Notes under the pieces: generated by a model
What the model saw: only the letters and a program-made list of their open reading frames with translations
The model's database searches: none
Told to the model about the DNA's origin: nothing
Program-made: the position numbers and the translations under genes
Shown here: positions 36,220 to 45,491 of the stretch, piece by piece
How the letters are laid out: every line of letters starts with the position of its first letter
Numbering within the stretch: position 1 is the first letter of the stretch
Virus record (IMG/VR): IMGVR_UViG_3300006033_000017
Length of the DNA stretch: 52,239 nucleotides
Direction: 5' to 3' (one strand)
Source: a virus
Lineage: Duplodnaviria > Heunggongvirae > Uroviricota > Caudoviricetes

Positions 36220-36275
36220 GGCCTAGCTCCCGATCTTTCCCATTGCTTTCATTGTACCACAACGGAGCGCGTTTG

Positions 36276-36635
36276 TCAAGAGATATTTTTGACCGCGAAT
36301 CCTTCACTATCGGGTGAAACAAAATTCATGATATCTAGCGATGTTGCGTTTCTTAGGATTTGCTTATTGGCTTGTGAGATATTGGGAACCAAGACATATT
36401 CCAGTAATGCTTTGAAGCGGGGATCTTCGATCTTATAGGTCGCACCGTAGAGTATGAAGTGGATGACTTCTTCTACAGCGACCTTTCTTTCTAGTGGGCC
36501 GGTATGGGGGCATTTACCGCTGAATACTTTGGCATAGTATTCCCCAGCCTCAAGTGCTGTGAGACAAGCCAGAAAGACTTGCTTCAAAGGATCTTCTTTG
36601 TTCTTTTTATTAGACTTCGGAGTTATTGCTGCCAT
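36276..36635 (-). CDS. hypothetical protein directly downstream of MTase
   Basis: 119 aa, overlaps MTase stop. Confidence 0.65.
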   Translation of the reverse strand: MAAITPKSNKKNKEDPLKQVFLACLTALEAGEYYAKVFSGKCPHTGPLERKVAVEEVIHFILYGATYKIEDPRFKALLEYVLVPNISQANKQILRNATSLDIMNFVSPDSEGFAVKNIS

Positions 36636-37948
36636 ACTACGTCCTCAATTAGCTGGATTTCTTCAGGGGTGAATCCAAAATGCTTATAGATCTTGTTATT
36701 ATCCCAGCTTTGTGACCAATCTAACCTTGGGATAATTGTAAAAGTAGATGGCCTAATGTCTTGTGTAATCTTCGAGAGGGTCATAAGATACTTGAAGAAT
36801 CTCGTCTCGAAATAACTAACGAAGTTCTTGGCTTCTTCTTCTGTATCGAAACAGAAACAAATATAGCTCTTACTACAGACTTGACCGGGTGCCGCAAGGA
36901 TGTGGTACGATGTATAATCGCCTCCTACGCCGTCGGCAGCGCGCAGCAGCACCTTCCACCTATCGATATCCTGTTGGTTGCGTAAGATTGCGCGTGGCAC
37001 ATACTTCATACCACCCTTAGTTAAGGAGACGAAGCAATCAACATCGTCAGGTCCTTTAGTATCCCGGAAGTGTTCGCTATTGGTCTGAAGACCGAAATGA
37101 GATTGGGCGCAACAATCATCGGCTAGGCTTTGCATTCTCTTTGCCTTCCTGTAGATACTAAGACCTGTAACGTTTTTAACAATTAGGATGTCGGGGTGGG
37201 CCTTAACGTCAAACACGTCATCTAGGAAATTAAGATGTGTTGTGCCCTCGTACCCCTTTTGGAGAATGAAGTAGGAGAGCCCACCTTTTATGTCAGTGTT
37301 AGCGAAGAGTTTATTATCTTTGTTATGCCATAGTGCTTTGAGCCCATACTGTTGGGTCATACGATAGCAGAACTCGTGACTATTACTCTTGGCGAACCAA
37401 CGACTAGGAGTAATGAAGAGTAGGAGTCCTTCATCGACTAAGAGTTGGTATCCAAGATCGACAAAGGCAGGGTATAGATCGGAAGAGTACGGGTTGCCTG
37501 GGATTTTCTCGTTGTTGTATGGCGGATTACCCACGACTACATCGAATTTAGTGTGGTTCCAATAGTCGAAGTTTAGTGAATTAGCGCAAGCTATATTGAG
37601 GTTGTATTTGTTCTCGGGGTCGAGCTTGAACATACACAGATATGCGTTCTTGCGCTGTAATTCGACCCCGAATAGCATATTTTCTAAGATATGGCGTTCT
37701 TTATCTTCTATCTTGAGAGATGCCATTAGTCTTAACTTGACCTGATACAAGAAGTTCCCCGACCCGCAAGCGGGGTCAATCCACTTCAGGTCGGGGTTAC
37801 TCCAGGTTTCGGGTGGGAGTTTATCCAGCATCTCATTGACTAAGGCTGCTGGTGTAAACACTTCGCCGAATATCTTCTTGTATTGGTCTTCTGTTATCAT
37901 TCTTTGTGTTTTTGTTCTTCCCTTATTCTGAGTACAGGAAAGTTCCAC
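36623..37948 (-). CDS. N6-adenine DNA methyltransferase, Eco57I-type (gamma), with TRD
   Basis: FGEVFTP, IDPACGSGNFL (motif I), FDVVVGNPPY (motif IV); true start may be MITED at 37900. Confidence 0.95.
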   Translation of the reverse strand: MELSCTQNKGRTKTQRMITEDQYKKIFGEVFTPAALVNEMLDKLPPETWSNPDLKWIDPACGSGNFLYQVKLRLMASLKIEDKERHILENMLFGVELQRKNAYLCMFKLDPENKYNLNIACANSLNFDYWNHTKFDVVVGNPPYNNEKIPGNPYSSDLYPAFVDLGYQLLVDEGLLLFITPSRWFAKSNSHEFCYRMTQQYGLKALWHNKDNKLFANTDIKGGLSYFILQKGYEGTTHLNFLDDVFDVKAHPDILIVKNVTGLSIYRKAKRMQSLADDCCAQSHFGLQTNSEHFRDTKGPDDVDCFVSLTKGGMKYVPRAILRNQQDIDRWKVLLRAADGVGGDYTSYHILAAPGQVCSKSYICFCFDTEEEAKNFVSYFETRFFKYLMTLSKITQDIRPSTFTIIPRLDWSQSWDNNKIYKHFGFTPEEIQLIEDVVWQQ

Positions 37949-37956
37949 ATATCAGA

Positions 37957-40900
37957 TTAAGACTGTCTTGTAACAAACTCTGTCCACCAATTCTTGCGGA
38001 ATTCGGCAATAATGCGGCAATTGATGTTCAACTCAAGAATCGAACACATTTCCATCAAAGAACGGAATGCTGAGGAATCAAATGCCTGCTTAATGTAAGG
38101 TAGATTTTCGGGGGTATCAACAATTGCATATGAGAACTGTGTCAGCCCATATTCCCCTTCATCATCGATAAAGCTTCCGACTGAAATGATACGACCGTTA
38201 CTCCAGACCATTTTGGGAACACCAAAATGCCCTTTATCATTTCGACTAGAAAAGTGCAGCTTGGGAATGTCTCCCTTCGGCACCGTATAGATACAGGGGA
38301 AAAGATATTCATGGTCTTTTTCTTTGGAGACATATTCTCGTTGCGTGTGATATGTTGAATCACTCAGAATACATACCTTGTCGTCTCCTTCTTTAGCTAC
38401 AAGCGAAAAGATTTGAGAGAAACAACCATTAGGAATGAATGGGAGTCCAAACAAATCGAAAGATACAAGACAGCCATCTTGACCATCGATCAGCGTTTCA
38501 AAACCATTGGTGCGGGGCGTATTCTTGCAACAATACCAGTCATATCTTGTTTCGGCACCGAAGGTTTCTATGCCATCTTTTTCATTGTGGATGGACAGAA
38601 ACATAAGTTGTTTTTCAAGCAAAAGTTGTCGAACACTAGCATATTCAGGATCACTATATTTGCTAATAACGTTTCGCCAACCAGAAGGATGGACAAAGAC
38701 CAAAAAACCATTAGGGCTAAGGAAAGAAAATGCCTTAATGACAAACTTTGCCCACAGCGCATGACCACGGCCTTTTGCGCCCTTTTCGCGGGCTTCCTGA
38801 TACGGCGGGTTCCCCACAACAACATCAAACTTCATGCCACCCCAGTAGCCAAACACTAGAGAATCGGCAATCTCAAGGTGCATGTCGAATTCGCCCTCAG
38901 GATCCAAGAACATGAGCGCAATCAATACGTTCTTAGGCTGAAGTTCGACGCCATAGATCATATTCTCTAGGATGTGCTTGCGCCGCGCCGCAGAATCGGG
39001 CATGACTGAAGCCAAACCATCCATGAGTCGGTCATAGACCCGCATCAAGAAGTTTCCCGACCCCATAGCAGGATCGATCCACTTCAAATCAGGGTTAGAC
39101 CAAAGCTCAACAGGCAACTTGTCAAGCATTTCATCGACAAGAGCAATCGGGGTAAACACTTCACCAAACTGCTTCTTCGCAACAGTGCTTGAAAGGCATG
39201 ACTTAGCCATATCAATAATCTCCGGTTCCCTATTGGCAATTGCAAGCAACCAACTCTCGTAGTTGAGTTGCATGTAGTTCATCAGTTCTTTATTAGCAGC
39301 ACTATATCTTGGGAAATTCGCATCTAGTAGCGTAACAACATGTCGCCACAGGAAATGCATCTCCCCACCAAGATTAACATTCTGCTCGAAGATTGCCTGA
39401 ACTTCAGGAGTGACCTTATCCCAGGTAAAATCCTCGCATCGAGAATGAAGATACACAAACAGTAGATTAGCCAAGAAGTGATCAGGGTAGATCTCTTCGA
39501 ACTTCTCGGGAATCTCATGGTGCCTCAACATCCGAGCCACCAAGTTCTCCGCTACTACCCGCTTTCGGCGCAGCCGACTAACCTGATCTTGGTGTAGAAT
39601 GTCAACGATATCCTCGTAAGTGTTAATGAACTCATCAAGGCCCGAATGCCCAGACCGCAGTGAGTCATCAGGAGGATTAATCGGTTCAAGCTCCTCAGGC
39701 TCGAAGAGGCCACGATTAGTATCGATAAAGACACTAGTTCTAGATTGGAAACCATACTCGGTTCGCAGCTTAGCAACTAGATCCTTAGTCTTCTCGATTG
39801 CGTCTTGAGCCCCAGCGTACAGATCGGGGAGAATGATCCAGGCGCGCGGCTTGATCCAAGGATATTGATCCTCTACCGAGATATCGCCCGCATAAAGGCG
39901 TCCACGATCAACACCTAGCAACCGACAAGCCCGACCAATGTTCTGGTAAAGCTTGACATCACAAAGGTTCCTAAACAACATGATGCCTGTAATACCAGGA
40001 ACATCAATGCCCTCGCCAATCATGTCAATGTGAAAGACGATAGCTTGCTCAGGTGCCGTCAAAGCCTTAAGTCTATCAAGCATAGTCTGCTTCTTCACCG
40101 AAGAAACAGGCGCAGGCCAATAGTCATCATCACACCTTACACCATAGTCGGTAGACAAGGCGAAGAAATGGACGTTAGGGAATTGCCGACGGAACCTAGC
40201 ATACGCCTTTGTCTGGAACAGTGCCTTGAGTTCTTCTTGGCCCCGCAGCACTGACAACATCTTGGCACCAATGGCGTCCGGCTCAACCGAATCTTCTTTT
40301 ACCCGGTTGTTATGAGCCAGGAAAGCATTGACGATAGAGGAGAACATTGCCTCATAATCATTATCAAGCTTTTCCTTGTCATAAGTTTGAGTCTGATCGG
40401 GCTGAATGATGTGAATCCAAGGCGGCAACATCTCGCCAGCCTCAATCATCTCACGAGGGGATACCTCGTAAACGGTCGAGCCAAAGATATCGACATTGTT
40501 CATTCCGAAAGAATGCTCGGAACGAGTTTCCTTCTCAGTTGCCGTGAAGAACAACTGCTGGCATGGATTCAAGCTCGGAATTCGAGAGAACTCTTCAGCT
40601 ACGAGGTTGTGTGCTTCATCATGGAAGACAACATCGGGAACAATCCCCGAAGAAGCCAACTTAGTAGCGGAATGATAGGTACTCACAATAACCAACGGTA
40701 CGCCCGCTGCCTTTGCGAGTTGGTGCTTCTTCCGTACATCTTCGGTAGAAGTCGAGGAAAGAATTTTGTTGTAAATACCGCCCTTCAGCCTAATCGCATT
40801 CACATACTCTTCTTCGTCAAAACTACCGGAGTTGTAGTTGACGTATACAGCATTGTGAATACCACAGCTAATCAGATACTTGAAGACTTCCTCAAGGATC

Positions 40901-41706
40901 TGCCAGCAGAGTAGGATACGAGAGGTGTTGATCTGAATAACAGGTGAACCCTTAGCCCGAATCACTTCATAAGCGATTTCTGATTGGATATAGGTCTTGC
41001 CTGTTCCTGTTGGGCACGTAATCTTGCCCCGCGAATCTTCCGGGAAGTCTTTCCAAGCACTAACTGCGGCGTTCTGATGCTTTCTTAGCACAACACGAGG
41101 AAGAGCGTCAGGATCAGCCGCAATTTGATCTTCCTTAATCGTCTCGAAGAAACGTTCCCACCACTCAGGCCGCTTGTCCAACAATGCCTTTAGATGTTCT
41201 CGACCAAGTACACGGACCTTGTTAAGCAACATCTCTTCAAGAGTGTAGTAATGGACACCCTTGCCTGTCGTGATAAGAAGCATGTTCTTCGTGCTATCAA
41301 GCGGCACGCCATACTTCATAAAAGAGGCAAGCGGGAAGTTGGTCACATGATCTTGGTCAGCCGTAAGAACATAGGTCGGGTCACTACGGTACTTAACCTG
41401 TACTGTAGCGGGATTACCATCTTCACCTAGACCGAAACCATCGACGCCAGTATCTCCTACCTTAACAGGCTGATAGTCGTAGATGCCAATGCGATTATCC
41501 ATTCCCATATTCAGGAGAAGATATTCGACCAAAAGCTCCAGACTATGCCCCTTAAAGTCTTCAGGGGGAATGGTAGCCTTATATTTCGCGGACAGCCTAT
41601 CCACCTGTTGACAAAAGCGATCAACGGTTACAATTAACCCACTATTGTCGTGGCTGAATTCATCGACATCAATCTTGTCCTTGAAGGAGTGCTTAAGTCC
41701 CATCAT
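37957..41706 (-). CDS. Type ISP-like restriction-modification protein: Mrr-like nuclease + SF2 helicase + N6-adenine MTase + TRD
   Basis: GVDG...VQVKY (PD-QxK), PTGTGKT, DEAH, DMIGEGID, QNIGRACR, FGEVFTP, DPAMGSGNF, NPPY at 38800-38811. Confidence 0.85.
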   Translation of the reverse strand: MMGLKHSFKDKIDVDEFSHDNSGLIVTVDRFCQQVDRLSAKYKATIPPEDFKGHSLELLVEYLLLNMGMDNRIGIYDYQPVKVGDTGVDGFGLGEDGNPATVQVKYRSDPTYVLTADQDHVTNFPLASFMKYGVPLDSTKNMLLITTGKGVHYYTLEEMLLNKVRVLGREHLKALLDKRPEWWERFFETIKEDQIAADPDALPRVVLRKHQNAAVSAWKDFPEDSRGKITCPTGTGKTYIQSEIAYEVIRAKGSPVIQINTSRILLCWQILEEVFKYLISCGIHNAVYVNYNSGSFDEEEYVNAIRLKGGIYNKILSSTSTEDVRKKHQLAKAAGVPLVIVSTYHSATKLASSGIVPDVVFHDEAHNLVAEEFSRIPSLNPCQQLFFTATEKETRSEHSFGMNNVDIFGSTVYEVSPREMIEAGEMLPPWIHIIQPDQTQTYDKEKLDNDYEAMFSSIVNAFLAHNNRVKEDSVEPDAIGAKMLSVLRGQEELKALFQTKAYARFRRQFPNVHFFALSTDYGVRCDDDYWPAPVSSVKKQTMLDRLKALTAPEQAIVFHIDMIGEGIDVPGITGIMLFRNLCDVKLYQNIGRACRLLGVDRGRLYAGDISVEDQYPWIKPRAWIILPDLYAGAQDAIEKTKDLVAKLRTEYGFQSRTSVFIDTNRGLFEPEELEPINPPDDSLRSGHSGLDEFINTYEDIVDILHQDQVSRLRRKRVVAENLVARMLRHHEIPEKFEEIYPDHFLANLLFVYLHSRCEDFTWDKVTPEVQAIFEQNVNLGGEMHFLWRHVVTLLDANFPRYSAANKELMNYMQLNYESWLLAIANREPEIIDMAKSCLSSTVAKKQFGEVFTPIALVDEMLDKLPVELWSNPDLKWIDPAMGSGNFLMRVYDRLMDGLASVMPDSAARRKHILENMIYGVELQPKNVLIALMFLDPEGEFDMHLEIADSLVFGYWGGMKFDVVVGNPPYQEAREKGAKGRGHALWAKFVIKAFSFLSPNGFLVFVHPSGWRNVISKYSDPEYASVRQLLLEKQLMFLSIHNEKDGIETFGAETRYDWYCCKNTPRTNGFETLIDGQDGCLVSFDLFGLPFIPNGCFSQIFSLVAKEGDDKVCILSDSTYHTQREYVSKEKDHEYLFPCIYTVPKGDIPKLHFSSRNDKGHFGVPKMVWSNGRIISVGSFIDDEGEYGLTQFSYAIVDTPENLPYIKQAFDSSAFRSLMEMCSILELNINCRIIAEFRKNWWTEFVTRQS

Positions 41707-42049
41707 GTCCCCCTAGTTCTTGCGATCTCGACAAAGCAGTTTGTGGGCTCGCGAAATAGATTAGATCAATCTTGCGAAACTGTGTTGGATCGAACGTCAT
41801 GCCCTTTGGCTTCTTAATGTATGGTAGTCGCCCCTTATATCTCTTATTGCCGTTACCATACATCCAATTTGTCAGCATCCAAATGAGCACTTCTTCTTCA
41901 GGAGAGTTTCTGTCAGTACCATTTGCTGCGCAATCTTTCTTGTCGATCTCCCATACTGTGACATCCCCTGCCTCCATCTTAGCAAGAGCTTGGCTGTAAA
42001 TCGTCATCAGTTGTGCTTGAGCTTTATCCAATTGTGAAGAATCGTCCAT
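41693..42049 (-). CDS. hypothetical protein leading the RM operon
   Basis: 118 aa; overlaps RM gene start; follows promoter 42082-42110. Confidence 0.7.
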   Translation of the reverse strand: MDDSSQLDKAQAQLMTIYSQALAKMEAGDVTVWEIDKKDCAANGTDRNSPEEEVLIWMLTNWMYGNGNKRYKGRLPYIKKPKGMTFDPTQFRKIDLIYFASPQTALSRSQELGGHDGT

Positions 42050-42081
42050 CCGTGCAAGCTCCGTTCCGCCCTACTACCCTT

Positions 42082-42110
42082 ATTATAGCACGGGCGGCGT
42101 CGGAAGTCAA
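42082..42110 (-). promoter_or_regulatory. sigma70 promoter of RM operon, -10 flanked by inverted repeat CCGCCC/GGGCGG (42066-71/42092-97)
   Basis: TTGACT-17-TATAAT, TG extension, then AAGGGT-A. Confidence 0.85.
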
Positions 42111-42184
42111 GCGATATATTGGGGCGATATATGATTGCTCGATTAACTTGATATGTAGCAAAACACAATCCTTATTGAAACATT

Positions 42185-42406
42185 CTAGGATTGAGTGCTA
42201 CCATTTTGATTCCTCCGACCAATTGAATAGGCCATAATTCGCTGAGCAAGATTATATCTAGCCTTATCGGCGTCGAGTTCAAGTTTTCGTAACCGGCGCT
42301 TTTCTGACAATTTTCCCACGACATAAACAATCACAGCGACAGCAAGTACGAATTTGAAAATTGGGCTTTGGATAATTCCCCATAAGATCACCCAAGGATA
42401 CATTTC
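42185..42406 (-). CDS. small membrane protein
   Basis: probable start MYPW; N-terminal TM. Confidence 0.6.
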   Translation of the reverse strand, partial: EMYPWVILWGIIQSPIFKFVLAVAVIVYVVGKLSEKRRLRKLELDADKARYNLAQRIMAYSIGRRNQNGSTQS

Positions 42407-42878
42407 ATTCCTCTGCCTCTTTGTAAATATATGCAAGCGGAGGGATTTCCCTCATAGTCGCATATAGCTTTTCACGGGCTGCCTGTCGCTTACTTAGCTG
42501 ACGCTGTGCCTCCCTAATAGAACTATCCGCATCTTCAATTCGTTGCTTAAGATAATGCCGATGCGCAAGATTCCTAAAGTCAGGGTTCGCTAGCATTTGC
42601 TTAGCATATTCCACCAGAGGCTCAACTTGTTCCCGAGAAGGAGTCTGCTTGTAGGAAGCGATCTGCGTTAACCATTTATCGTCCTGCCACTCTTCATATA
42701 TGGACCTATAGGTCACACCATCAATTTCCAGGTCGGGGTAGTTGGTCCGCGTCGTGAAGAGAGCGTAATAACCATTCTCCTCACGATAAATAACCTCGCC
42801 AATTACGGTAGTGTTATAGAAAGGCACAAGAGCATTAAGAGTGCCGTACTTCGTTAGTCGAACCTTCATGATTTGCAT
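42405..42878 (-). CDS. hypothetical protein with coiled-coil tail
   Basis: 157 aa. Confidence 0.65.
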   Translation of the reverse strand: MQIMKVRLTKYGTLNALVPFYNTTVIGEVIYREENGYYALFTTRTNYPDLEIDGVTYRSIYEEWQDDKWLTQIASYKQTPSREQVEPLVEYAKQMLANPDFRNLAHRHYLKQRIEDADSSIREAQRQLSKRQAAREKLYATMREIPPLAYIYKEAEE

Positions 42879-42882
42879 AGTA

Positions 42883-43326
42883 TTACCCCAGGTTCATATT
42901 GTAGAACAGATGGGCATCGTATTCAATCTCGAAGATATGGTAGTAAGGCTTCACTACCTCTCGGATGACCTTAATGCCATCAGCATCAAGTTCCATCAGA
43001 ACGTTACTAAGTTCATCATGAGGTGTGTTGGCAGTAAAGAACGGAAGTTTGTAACTATAGGTTCCCCATCCTCCATGACTCATATCATTAATTCGATTAA
43101 GCACCTTATTGAATACGAGGCGAGACCACTGCCAAGGAACACAAGGGCTAGGTTGTTCGGGCCATGGCATCGGGAGAGAAGAAACAATCCATTCATCGTT
43201 TTCGAGTGGCAAGAAATGGATACAACCAAGTTGCATAACTTCATTACCTGCCATAATGAAGTCTTTGATTTCCCTCAGCAGCCCCATATTGCGGTAACAT
43301 CCAACGTTAATGAGATGCGTCATCAC
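42883..43326 (-). CDS. hypothetical protein
   Basis: 147 aa. Confidence 0.65.
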   Translation of the reverse strand: MMTHLINVGCYRNMGLLREIKDFIMAGNEVMQLGCIHFLPLENDEWIVSSLPMPWPEQPSPCVPWQWSRLVFNKVLNRINDMSHGGWGTYSYKLPFFTANTPHDELSNVLMELDADGIKVIREVVKPYYHIFEIEYDAHLFYNMNLG

Positions 43327-43826
43327 TTATCTCCTGCGGCGTAATTCTGTAGATAAGCCACTAGCTTCTCTTCCATATTATCCATTGTCCATCCCTCAAA
43401 AACAACAGCAGTGACGAGCGCAGAAAAGAACGTTAGGGCCGCACCGATAGCAGAGATCCATCGGAGATTTACCAAAGTAGTCTCCCCTTGATGATACCTA
43501 CCGGCTAGTTGGTATTCAGTAAAATCGCCCGTAAAGTATACGGCTAGTGGCCCGCCACCGAAAAAGTATATAGCTCGTGGATTACCAAACCCGACCGAAC
43601 CAATCAAGCGTTTTTGATCCTCGTGGGTTACTAGGATTCTTAAGCGCCTATTGTTATTCACTTCGTAACATTGCGGAGAACATTGATCGTGTGTGATCTC
43701 AACGCAAACATCTTCTGAGATCTTAACAGTGGCGCAGTATCGATCAATCCACATACCATCAGGTAGTGCAATGATATCTGCATCAGGGGGATCGCGACGA
43801 GTATAGTTCAGTTCCATCACTAACAA
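43323..43826 (-). CDS. hypothetical protein with C-terminal TM
   Basis: WISAIGAALTFFSALVTAVVF. Confidence 0.65.
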   Translation of the reverse strand: MLVMELNYTRRDPPDADIIALPDGMWIDRYCATVKISEDVCVEITHDQCSPQCYEVNNNRRLRILVTHEDQKRLIGSVGFGNPRAIYFFGGGPLAVYFTGDFTEYQLAGRYHQGETTLVNLRWISAIGAALTFFSALVTAVVFEGWTMDNMEEKLVAYLQNYAAGDK

Positions 43827-44092
43827 CTTTCGAGCTTAAAGCAAATCACGTTGCATTCGCTGATTGCCTTTTCATGGCTTTCAACAAAGTAGTGAATGGG
43901 GTTGGTCTTACCCACCACAAAGAAGTCGATAGACCAACGGTAATCTTGTGTCGTTGGTGGCTTCAGTGGCGAGGAAGCAGCCGAAATATGCTGCACAACC
44001 TTGAAATGCGTAACATTGTCCAGAACAACAGCTTGTTGTACGGGGTTAGTGTGGTGCGCCTCAAGCGGCGACGAGAATTGAAAAACGCGCAT
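43820..44092 (-). CDS. hypothetical protein
   Basis: 90 aa, first gene after promoter 44146-44175. Confidence 0.65.
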   Translation of the reverse strand: MRVFQFSSPLEAHHTNPVQQAVVLDNVTHFKVVQHISAASSPLKPPTTQDYRWSIDFFVVGKTNPIHYFVESHEKAISECNVICFKLESC

Positions 44093-44145
44093 TTAAGTAT
44101 CCTTTAGCATTTGGATGCGAGAGAGCCACGGCTCCCTCTACCCTT

Positions 44146-44175
44146 ATGGTAGCACAGGAGCCGTGGCGATGTCAA
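44146..44175 (-). promoter_or_regulatory. sigma70 promoter, -10 flanked by perfect 11-bp inverted repeat (44125-35/44157-67)
   Basis: TTGACA-18-TACCAT, TG extension, then AAGGGT-A. Confidence 0.85.
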
Positions 44176-44197
44176 GCCATATAGCGAGAAGAGAATA

Positions 44198-44857
44198 TTA
44201 CTCTCCCCATATCTCAACTTCAGTGTAGCGATTTAATGGATCGCTATATGTACTCCCCTTACTATAACATCGAATATATCTACAAGAACTACATTTGCCG
44301 TCAACTATTTTACCTAGATTTGTCTCCCAATATTCACTATTGGTTCCAACTCCAAGTTTAGAGCTATTGTCTTTGTCGTTATTGAAGAGGGTTATGACAC
44401 CACTTGAAAATTCAGGATCATTACTGACTTGAACTATAACATCGTGAAAGATTACGGGTTCCAGATGGAAGTGCCAAATAACAATACTGTATATGTTTTT
44501 GCTTTCTCCTAGATCAATTTGAATCCATTGGGTGCGCGGCCTCAATTCAACCGAGGTATCCTCATAGGCTTCTTTTTGTCCATCAGTTACTAACTTCAAA
44601 GATTGGGAATAAACACTACTACTGGCAGTTACAATCTTATTCAATGCCAACTGTTTTGTTGATTGGGGCACTTTAGGTAGAGCAGCCCTATATTGTGCTA
44701 TAGTGGGAACATCTTCAACATCAGCGAATGCAGGATCTTCCTCATCTACCATTGGTGTGCCAGCGAAAGCTGCACGCGGCAACACTAGTGGTAATGGCAC
44801 TAATTCTTCTGCTAAAACTAAAGACGATATCACTAGACATATAAGTAACGATTTCAT
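44198..44857 (-). CDS. secreted discoidin / F5-8 type C domain protein
   Basis: signal peptide MKSLLICLVISSLVLA; LALNKIVTASS, QWIQIDLG, IVIWH, RYIRCYS, YTEVEIWG. Confidence 0.8.
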   Translation of the reverse strand: MKSLLICLVISSLVLAEELVPLPLVLPRAAFAGTPMVDEEDPAFADVEDVPTIAQYRAALPKVPQSTKQLALNKIVTASSSVYSQSLKLVTDGQKEAYEDTSVELRPRTQWIQIDLGESKNIYSIVIWHFHLEPVIFHDVIVQVSNDPEFSSGVITLFNNDKDNSSKLGVGTNSEYWETNLGKIVDGKCSSCRYIRCYSKGSTYSDPLNRYTEVEIWGE

Positions 44858-44878
44858 TTCCCCCTCCATATTTAGCTA

Positions 44879-45049
44879 CTAGTTTACTGCCAAACTATTC
44901 ATTGACCACTTCTTTATATCGCATCTAATCTTTTCTTGTGTTGTGGTCTTCATATAGTGTCTTATCTCATTCTGAAAGGCAGCTATTTCCTTCCTCGTTC
45001 TATTGGGATTGGCTAACCACCTATTAAGTGTGAGTTCGCTTGGATCCAT
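44879..45049 (-). CDS. hypothetical protein
   Basis: probable start MDPS. Confidence 0.5.
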   Translation of the reverse strand: MDPSELTLNRWLANPNRTRKEIAAFQNEIRHYMKTTTQEKIRCDIKKWSMNSLAVN

Positions 45050-45416
45050 GTTCGTCTTCATAGAATGTAATGCCTGAAACCTTATCTCCACGATCAAGCT
45101 TGATGTTAATCATCGTGAGATTTAAGGCGTCATACATACGAACGAACAACATAGTACTATCGACATCAGGACATGGATAACCCATAATCTCGTGACGAGT
45201 CATCGAAATAGCCTTAGGCTTTAACGACCACGTAATACGCAAAGCGATAGGGTGGGGCATATCATGAAACTTAATCGTAACACCATCATCTAGTTGCTTT
45301 GTTTCGGTAAGTTTATTGTCACCCTTGATATCATGCAACATTGCCAACAGTTCATCGTATTCTTTGCCCGGCTTTGCCGCCGGGAATAACTTTTGCCATA
45401 GCTTCTTCAGCATCAT
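45024..45416 (-). CDS. hypothetical protein
   Basis: 130 aa. Confidence 0.65.
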   Translation of the reverse strand: MMLKKLWQKLFPAAKPGKEYDELLAMLHDIKGDNKLTETKQLDDGVTIKFHDMPHPIALRITWSLKPKAISMTRHEIMGYPCPDVDSTMLFVRMYDALNLTMINIKLDRGDKVSGITFYEDEHGSKRTHT

Positions 45417-45491
45417 TAGCTCCTAGTTAGGCAACAGGCAATCAGTAACCATACACAGACTACAGGGAATATGGTCACATATGATATGTGC

